From assembly GCA_963706595.1 (NCBI GenBank), contig OY970166.1, positions 3,936,001 to 4,000,000 on the forward strand: a stretch of DNA of 64,000 nt, read 5' to 3'. The DNA comes from an uncultured cyanobacterium. Lineage in GTDB: Bacteria > Cyanobacteriota > Cyanobacteriia > Cyanobacteriales > Nostocaceae. This document shows positions 61,186 through 64,000 of this stretch, one piece after another (position 1 is the first letter of the stretch; every line of letters begins with the position of its first letter). The notes below the pieces were generated by a model that did no database searches, was not told where the DNA came from, and saw nothing but the letters and a program-made list of their open reading frames with translations. A program made the position numbers and the translations under genes.

Positions 61186-61641
61186 TTATTCCACCAGATT
61201 AAATTCTGCCATAGCTCTAGAAAAGTTTTTATTTTCATGTCCTGGACGACTGAGTTTAATCAAAGCAAAGCGCTGTAAGGGTGTTAAACTTGCCCATTGT
61301 GACAATGTGAGGCTAGTAGCCATTTCTTGAGCTTTTTCCTGGATACTAGCTGGGACAATACCAGCATCCATCCATAACGGATCAGCGTCAATGGGTATCT
61401 TTGCTGCTGGATTTCCCGTGTGTTCTAAAATGATTTGTTGGAGATAGTCTTGGTAAGCTTCAATTTCTGTTGCCGTCCTACAAGGTAATTGTACTAAAGC
61501 TGCACGCTCATCTTCAGTCATTTGATGCCAATGAGATAATTTCAGCTTGATACCAGATGTATCTAGCTTATAACGCACCTGCATGGGTATACAACGCAGG
61601 GAATCTACAAAATCCGCTTCAAATTCAAAGAAATCTGCCAT
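61186..61641 (-). CDS. narM: Nitrate reductase-associated protein NarM
   Basis: FFEFEADFVDSLRCIPM.VRYKLD..GIKL and W..L.PLQRFALIKLSRPGHEN.NF signatures. Confidence 0.88.
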   Translation of the reverse strand: MADFFEFEADFVDSLRCIPMQVRYKLDTSGIKLKLSHWHQMTEDERAALVQLPCRTATEIEAYQDYLQQIILEHTGNPAAKIPIDADPLWMDAGIVPASIQEKAQEMATSLTLSQWASLTPLQRFALIKLSRPGHENKNFSRAMAEFNLVE

Positions 61642-61797
61642 AATTTTAGAAGCTTGAATAAAATTGAGGTTCGCTCATTGTGCCGTGGGCATGGAAAACA
61701 TGACTCCACGAATGGGAGTTGGTTTTCTAGCTCAGTCTAATCAATTAGTGGTTGGAGGCGTTGCGATCGCCTTTTTTTAGTAGAGTTGTAAATCAGT

Positions 61798-62050
61798 TTT
61801 GCGTCAACCAGTAGGTGTTTTTTTGAACATTGAAAATTTTGCGTCTGTAATCCTTACCTCATCTGCCTTTGAACTCTCTCACACCTAAATTGAGGTTGAC
61901 GCAAACCTTCAAAGCCTTGATATCAAAGCTTTTGAGCTATTTATCCAAATGTGTTTCTTGACAAACCAATTCCTGAAAAGCTATATTCGTTTTAGGTTGA
62001 CGGAACAGAACCTTGAAAACTAAATATATCAATGCTTCCAGATGCGGGCG
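61798..62050 (+). promoter_or_regulatory. CRISPR leader with promoter, repeat motifs and boxA-like element
   Basis: IR TTTGCGTCAACC (61798) / GGTTGACGCAAA (61894); third GGTTGACG at 61995; TTGACA (61958), 18 bp, TATATT (61982); GAACCTTGAAAAC at 62008. Confidence 0.8.
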
Positions 62051-63674
62051 GTAACAATTACCAATAATCCCTATCAGGGATTGAAACGGCTAGATTAGCC
62101 TCAAAGACATTTTTAGCACAAGTAACAATTACCAATAATCCCTATCAGGGATTGAAACAGCCTATGAAGAATATACCGGTTTAGATGACTGGGTAACAAT
62201 TACCAATAATCCCTATCAGGGATTGAAACAACCCTGATGCACAGCCGCCCTAACAAGATTTGGTAACAATTACCAATAATCCCTATCAGGGATTGAAACT
62301 TTTGAGGAACAATAGTAATCCGTATGGCTGGGTTAGTAACAATTACCAATAATCCCTATCAGGGATTGAAACCATCTACAAGGGAACCGTAAATCTTACG
62401 CAGTACATCAGTAACAATTACCAATAATCCCTATCAGGGATTGAAACACTTGAAACAAGTAACACAAAACAAGTCACACCCCTGTAACAATTACCAATAA
62501 TCCCTATCAGGGATTGAAACAGGTTGCTCTAAATTGAAAACTTTTACTTTCATCCGTAACAATTACCAATAATCCCTATCAGGGATTGAAACCAGGAATT
62601 GACTGAGACAAACCAGAGACAGATTCAGGTAACAATTACCAATAATCCCTATCAGGGATTGAAACGCAGCACCACTAGCTAGTCGCGTTGCACCCGTTCC
62701 AGTAACAATTACCAATAATCCCTATCAGGGATTGAAACGATGCAGGGAAGGGAATAACTTTCTCTAAGGGTAACAATTACCAATAATCCCTATCAGGGAT
62801 TGAAACAAAACCTGTATGATCATAATCTTCACCAGTCCAGGCTCGTAACAATTACCAATAATCCCTATCAGGGATTGAAACTTTATAGAATTTAATGTTT
62901 GCTCCAATAGGTTAATTTCGGTAACAATTACCAATAATCCCTATCAGGGATTGAAACTGGCAATATTTAGCTATTATTGCGGGAATTAAATTTGTAACAA
63001 TTACCAATAATCCCTATCAGGGATTGAAACTTGATGTTTGGGTGTATCCTTCGGCATTTGATGAAGTAACAATTACCAATAATCCCTATCAGGGATTGAA
63101 ACAGAACAAAAATCTTGAGATTCAGAATAAAACTCTGGTAACAATTACCAATAATCCCTATCAGGGATTGAAACAAGGTAGTAGCTTCAACTGCTGCAAG
63201 AACATCAGGTAACAATTACCAATAATCCCTATCAGGGATTGAAACTCAAACCAGATTTGATTTTGTTCGCAGATACTGGTAACAATTACCAATAATCCCT
63301 ATCAGGGATTGAAACATACTGTATTTATGGATGTTACTATATAGAAAGTGTAACAATTACCAATAATCCCTATCAGGGATTGAAACTGCACAAATCTGCT
63401 ACCAACTTGCTTAGTAAATGGGGTAACAATTACCAATAATCCCTATCAGGGATTGAAACAAGCTCATATTGGTAGACTTACCCGTACACGGATGAGTAAC
63501 AATTACCAATAATCCCTATCAGGGATTGAAACGCGGTACTCAAATTCTTTGATTATTTGACAACCAAGTAACAATTACCAATAATCCCTATCAGGGATTG
63601 AAACTGATTGAAATGACTGCCCTGGTATTGATGTTTGGTAACAATTACCAATAATCCCTATCAGGGATTGAAAC
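62051..63674 (+). CRISPR. CRISPR array: 23 identical 37-bp repeats and 22 spacers (31-39 bp), type I-D-like repeat, no adjacent cas genes
   Basis: Repeat GTAACAATTACCAATAATCCCTATCAGGGATTGAAAC with an internal AATCCCT/AGGGATT hairpin and an ATTGAAAC 3' end; leader on the left. Confidence 0.99.
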
Positions 63675-63838
63675 TCTTTCTAAAAATATGCTTTCAAAAG
63701 TTGCTAAATCTATAAAAAATTCATCAATTTATCAATATTTAAAAATGATAAATGAATAAATTAGGAAGAAAAAGATCCCCGACTAATTCAAGAAGCCTGG
63801 GATATGTGTGTCTCGGTATTTGTAAATATAATTGCTAT

Positions 63839-64000
63839 TTAATGTCTGATATTGCTGCTACGAATAATCCAATAACTAATCGATAGAGCTAAAACGGCAA
63901 CTCCTAAACCAATGATATCAACACCTGTGACTTTTCCTAAATCCAGAATGATGATTTTACGCGCAACTGCAATTAAGGAAGTAACAATAACTAACTCAAC
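63839..64000 (-). CDS. PsiE-family (phosphate-starvation-inducible) membrane protein, C-terminal part (runs off the window)
   Basis: Read by hand: VELVIVTSLIAVARKIIILDLGKVTGVDIIGLGVAVLALSISYWIIRSSNIRH*. Confidence 0.8.
   Translation of the reverse strand, partial: VELVIVTSLIAVARKIIILDLGKVTGVDIIGLGVAVLALSISYWIIRSSNIRH

Noticed and set aside
62967..63215. ORFs with repeated FQSLIGIIGNCY / VTITNNPYQGLK peptides
   Set aside because: Translations of CRISPR repeats and spacers.
62088..63637. Self-targeting CRISPR spacers
   Set aside because: No spacer match to this window noticed by eye; an exhaustive search was not possible.

Overview
Chromosomal window from a heterocyst-forming (Nostocales-type) cyanobacterium, judged from frequent HIP1 GCGATCGC sites, phycobilisome core genes, a patD-like gene and heptamer STRR repeats. 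Core content: petN, comEC, glyQ, a complete rRNA operon (16S-tRNA-Ile-tRNA-Ala-23S-5S), tRNA-Gly, rel, ftsW, apcEABC, the atp1-a-c-b'-b-delta-alpha-gamma operon and narM. Accessory or notable content: (i) a 4-GAF cyanobacteriochrome histidine kinase; (ii) a decayed island after the 5S gene with an OLD-type ATPase/TOPRIM pseudogene, an IS4 left-end fragment and an integron attC-like site; (iii) a vWA-PP2C-kinase (TerY-P/YegLKI-type) triad whose kinase carries recently amplified WD40 repeats, followed by an orphan Imm30-like gene; (iv) a PP2C / CHAT-FHA / PatU3-like / FHA-PrsW cluster that looks like a phosphorylation-gated paralogue of the HetF-PatU3 proteolytic switch; (v) a cas-less 23-repeat CRISPR array whose leader shares the rRNA promoter and boxA sequence; (vi) GlyQ with an apparent C-terminal membrane anchor; (vii) many small, sometimes nested, dispersed repeats. 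Family assignments come from motif recognition and recall of known families, not from database searches.
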